Positions 60,395-64,000 of a stretch of DNA of 64,000 bases are shown piece after piece. The notes under the pieces were generated by a model. The model saw nothing but the letters and a program-made list of their open reading frames with translations. It was not told where the DNA came from and made no database searches. Made by a program: the position numbers and the translations under genes. Source of the DNA: Mobula birostris (lineage: Eukaryota); contig NC_092379.1 of NCBI RefSeq assembly GCF_030028105.1, forward strand, positions 22,807,130-22,871,129, read 5' to 3'. Every line of letters starts with the position of its first letter. Position 1 is the stretch's first letter.

Positions 60395-63287
60395 AAACAT
60401 AGACACGTAGAAAATAGGTGCAGGAGTAGGCCATTCGGCCCTTCGAGCCTGCACCGCCATTTATTATGATCATGGCTGATCATCCAACTCAGAAAATCGC
60501 CCCAGCCTTCCCTCCATACCCCCTAACCCCCGTAGCCACAAGGGCCATATCTAACTCCCTCTTAAATATAGCCAATGAACTGGCCTCAACTGTTTCCTGT
60601 GGCAGAGAATTCCACAGATTCACCACTCTCTGTGTGAAGTAGTTTTTCCTAATCTCGATCCTAAAAGGCTTCCCCTCTATCCTCAAACTGTGGCCCCTCG
60701 TTCTGGACTTCCCCAACAACGGGAACAATCTTCCTGCATCTAGCCTGTCCAATCCCTTCAGGATCTTCTACGTTTCAATCAGATCCCCCCTCAATCTTCT
60801 AAATTCCAACGAGTACAAGCCCAGTTCATCCAGTCTTTCATCATATGAAAATCCTGCCATCCCAGGAATCAATCTGGTGAACCTTCTTTGTACTCCCTCT
60901 ATGGCAAGGATGTCTTTCCTCAGACTAGGGGACCAAAACTGCACACAATACTCCAGGTGTGGTCTCACCAAGGCCTTGTACAACTGCAGTAGTACCTCCC
61001 TGCTCCTGTACTCGAATCCTCTCGCTATAAATGCCAGCATACCATTCGCCTTTTTCACCGCCCGCTGTACCTGCATGCCCTCTTTCAATGACTGGTGTAT
61101 AATGACACTCAGATCTCGTTGCACCTCCCCTTTTCCTAATCGGCCACCATTCAGATAATAATCTGTTTTCCTATTTTTGCCACCAAAGTGGATAACTTCA
61201 CATTTATCCACATTAAATTGCATCTGCCATGAATTTCCCACTCACCCAACCTATCCAAGTCACCCTGCATCCTCTTAGCATCCTCCTCACAGCTAACACT
61301 GCCACCCAGCTTTGTGTCATCCGCAAACTTGGAGATGCTGCATTTAATTCCCTCATCCAAGTCATTAATATATATTGTAAACAACTGGGGTCCCAGCACT
61401 GAGCCTTGCGGTACCCCACTAGTCACCGCCTGCCATTCTGAAAAGGTCCCGTTTATTCCCACTCTTTGCTTCCTGTCTGCTAACCAACCCTCCACCCACA
61501 CCAATACCTTACCCCCAATACCGTGTGCTTTAAGTTTGCACACTAATCTCCTGTGTGGGACCTTGTCAAAAGCCTTCTGAAAATCCAAATATACCACATC
61601 CACTGGTTCTCCCCTATCCACTCTACTAGTTACATCCTCAAAAAATTCTATGAGATTCGTCAGACATGATTTTCCTTTCACAAATCCATGCTGACTTTGT
61701 CCGATCATTTCACCGCTTTCCAAATGTGCTGTTATCACATCCTTGATAACTGACTCCAGCAGTTTCCCCACCACCAACGTTAGGCTAACCGGTCTATAAT
61801 TCCCCGGTTTCTCTCTCCCTCCTTTTTTAAAAAGTGGAGTTACATTAGCCACCCTCCAATCCTCAGGAACTAGTCCAGAATCTAACGAGTTTTGAAAAAT
61901 TATCACTAATGCATCCACTATTTCTTGGGCTACTACCTTAAGCACCCTGGGATGCAGACCATCTGGCCCTGGGGATTTATCTGCCTTCAATCCCTTCAAT
62001 TTACCTAACACCACTTCCCTACTAACATGTATTTAGCTCAGTTCCTCCATCTCACTGGACCCTCTGTCCCCTACTATTTCTGGAAGATTATTTATGTCCT
62101 CCCTAGTGAAGACAGAACCAAAGTAATTATTCAATTGGTCTGCCATGTCCTTGCTCCCCATAATCAATTCACCTGTTTCTGTCTGCAGGGGACCTACATT
62201 TGTCTTTACCAGTCTTTTCCTTTTTACATATCGATAAAGGCTTTTACAGTCCGTTTTTATGTTCCCTGCCAGTTTTCTCTCATAATCTTTTTTCCCCTTC
62301 CTAATTAAGCCCTTTGTCCTCCTCTGCTGAACTCTGAATTTCTCCCAGTCCTCAGGTGAGCCACTTTCTCTGGCTAATTTGTATGCTTCTTCTTTGGAAT
62401 TGATACTATCCCTAATTTCTCTTGTCAGCCACGGGTGCACTACCTTCCTTGATTTATTCTTTTGCCAAACTGGGATGAACAATTGTTGTAGTTCATCCAT
62501 GCAACCTTTAAATGCTTGCCATTGCATATCCACCGTCAATCCTTTAAGTGTCATTTGCCAGTCTATCTTAGCTAATTCACGTCTCATACCTTCAAAGTTA
62601 CCCCTCTTTAAGTTCAGAACCTTTGTTTCTGAATTAACTATGTCACTCTCCATCTTAATGAAGAATTCCACCATATTATGGTCACTCTTACCCAAGGGGC
62701 CTCTCACGACAAGATCGCTAATTAACCCTTCCTCATTGCTCAAAACCCAGTGCAGAATAGCCTGCTCTCTAGTCGGTTCCTCGACATGTTGGTTCAAAAA
62801 ACCATCCCGCATACATTCCAAGAAATCCTCTTCCTCAGCACCTTTACCAATTTGGTTCACCCAATCTACATGTAGATTGAAGTCACCCATTATAACTGCT
62901 GTTCCTTTATTGCACACATTTCTAATTTCCTGTTTAATACCATCTCCGACCTCACTACTACTGTTAGGTGGCCTGTACACAACTCCCACCAGCGTCTTCT
63001 GCCCCTTAGTGTTACGCAGCTCTACCCATATCGATTCCACATCTTCCCGGCTTATGTCCTTCCTTTCTATTGCGTTAATCTCTTCTTTAACCAGCAACGC
63101 CACCCCACCTCCCCTTCCTTCATGTCTATCCCTCCTAAATATTGAATATCCCTGAACGTTGAGCTCCCATCCCTGGTCACCCTGGAGCCATGTCTCTGTG
63201 ATCCCAACTATATCATAATCATTAATAACAATCTGCACTTTCAATTCATCCACCTTATTACGAATGCTCCTTGCATTGACACACAAA
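60395..63287 (-). mobile_element. Young CR1 ORF2 (endonuclease, RT, 3' UTR), a few frameshifts
   Basis: ORFs 62033-63286 (CVNARSIRNK...GITETW), 61151-62014 and 60768-61241; atagaaac tail near 60391. Confidence 0.95.
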
Positions 63288-63845
63288 GGGATAAGCGTCC
63301 TTTATTTAAGATTAAACAAGATTGGGAAAAGGAACTTAATTTAGACTCCTATGACGGAGGATTGGACGCGGATTCTGAAATTGGTTAACTCTTCTTCGAC
63401 CTGTGCTAGTCATTCACTGATTCAATTTAAAATTGTACATCGTTACTATTTGACGTAGGAGAGATTGTCTAAAGAGTTTCCTAATGTTGATAGTTATTGT
63501 GATAGCTGTAAAACTGAGACAGCTACACTGACACACATGTTTTGTTCCTGTTCTATACTGGAATAGTTCTGGAAGTCAATTTTTTCTACAATTTCTAAAG
63601 CACTTAAAACTAATTTACAACCTAACAAATTAACTGTGCTTTTTGGAATAATTCCTCAAAATATCCACGGTATCTCTTTGTCTGACCAACATGGAACTGC
63701 ATTTGTTACATTAATAGCTAGGAGGGCCATTTTGTCGAAGTGGAAGGAGACATCGGCTCCCATTTTGTCACAATGGCTCTCTCAAGTGATGCTATGTCTT
63801 AGTTCGGAGAAAATTAGAAGTCGAACCTTTGAACCTATGTTTGAT
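63288..63845 (+). mobile_element. Near-copy of the L1 segment at about 57640-58198
   Basis: It starts gggataagc.tcctttatttaag and shares the TAG (tttgacgTAGgagag) with the 55.7-58.5 kb copy. Confidence 0.9.
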
Positions 63846-64000
63846 TTTCATCTCCACCTACCTGCCTTTTCCCCATGATCCTTAATTCCACTCCTATGCA
63901 AAAATCTATCCAACCTTGTCATAAATATATCTACTGAGGTAGCTTCCACTGCTTCATTAGGCATTGAATTCACAGAGATTCACCCCTCTCTGGGATAAAC

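Noticed and set aside
62379-63155. 258-aa plus-strand ORF, and similar antisense ORFs over CR1 copies
   Set aside because: It is the antisense shadow of CR1 ORF2, with no independent domain.
1-64000. CRISPR arrays, rRNA, tRNA genes and prokaryotic operons
   Set aside because: None were seen. The sequence is vertebrate, and the only tRNA-like signal is the SINE head near 16400-16480.

Overview
Vertebrate genomic DNA from a cartilaginous fish, probably a ray (inferred from the Ig sequences and the CR1/Penelope repeat families; not checked by search). The only clearly intact host coding sequence is the 3' end of an immunoglobulin heavy-chain cluster on the + strand, most likely IgW with IgNAR not excluded: two C1-set exons (1514-1816, 1900-2223) and a transmembrane exon (4387-4529), all with correct phase-1 splice sites. 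Between them lie two decayed C exons and a decayed secretory tailpiece (about 2782-3518), so this cluster seems to have lost its long secreted form but kept the CH4-to-TM path. Most of the remaining window is nested, mostly dead transposable elements: CR1, Rex1/Babar, L1, an RNase-H-bearing I/Nimb-like LINE, Penelope-like elements with hammerhead ribozymes, Gypsy/chromovirus and solo LTRs, and SINEs. Small unique islands at 26.6-28.2 kb and 30.6-30.8 kb hold what look like decayed light-chain/TCR-type V exons and one more C exon; these calls are tentative. Other points of interest are two ~100-bp hammerhead-only insertions with target-site duplications (TSDs), old local duplications shown by shared TE junctions and shared disabling mutations, and an orphan duplicated CCAAT promoter module. 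All motif alignments were done by eye against remembered family consensus, and TE boundaries are approximate unless a TSD is quoted.
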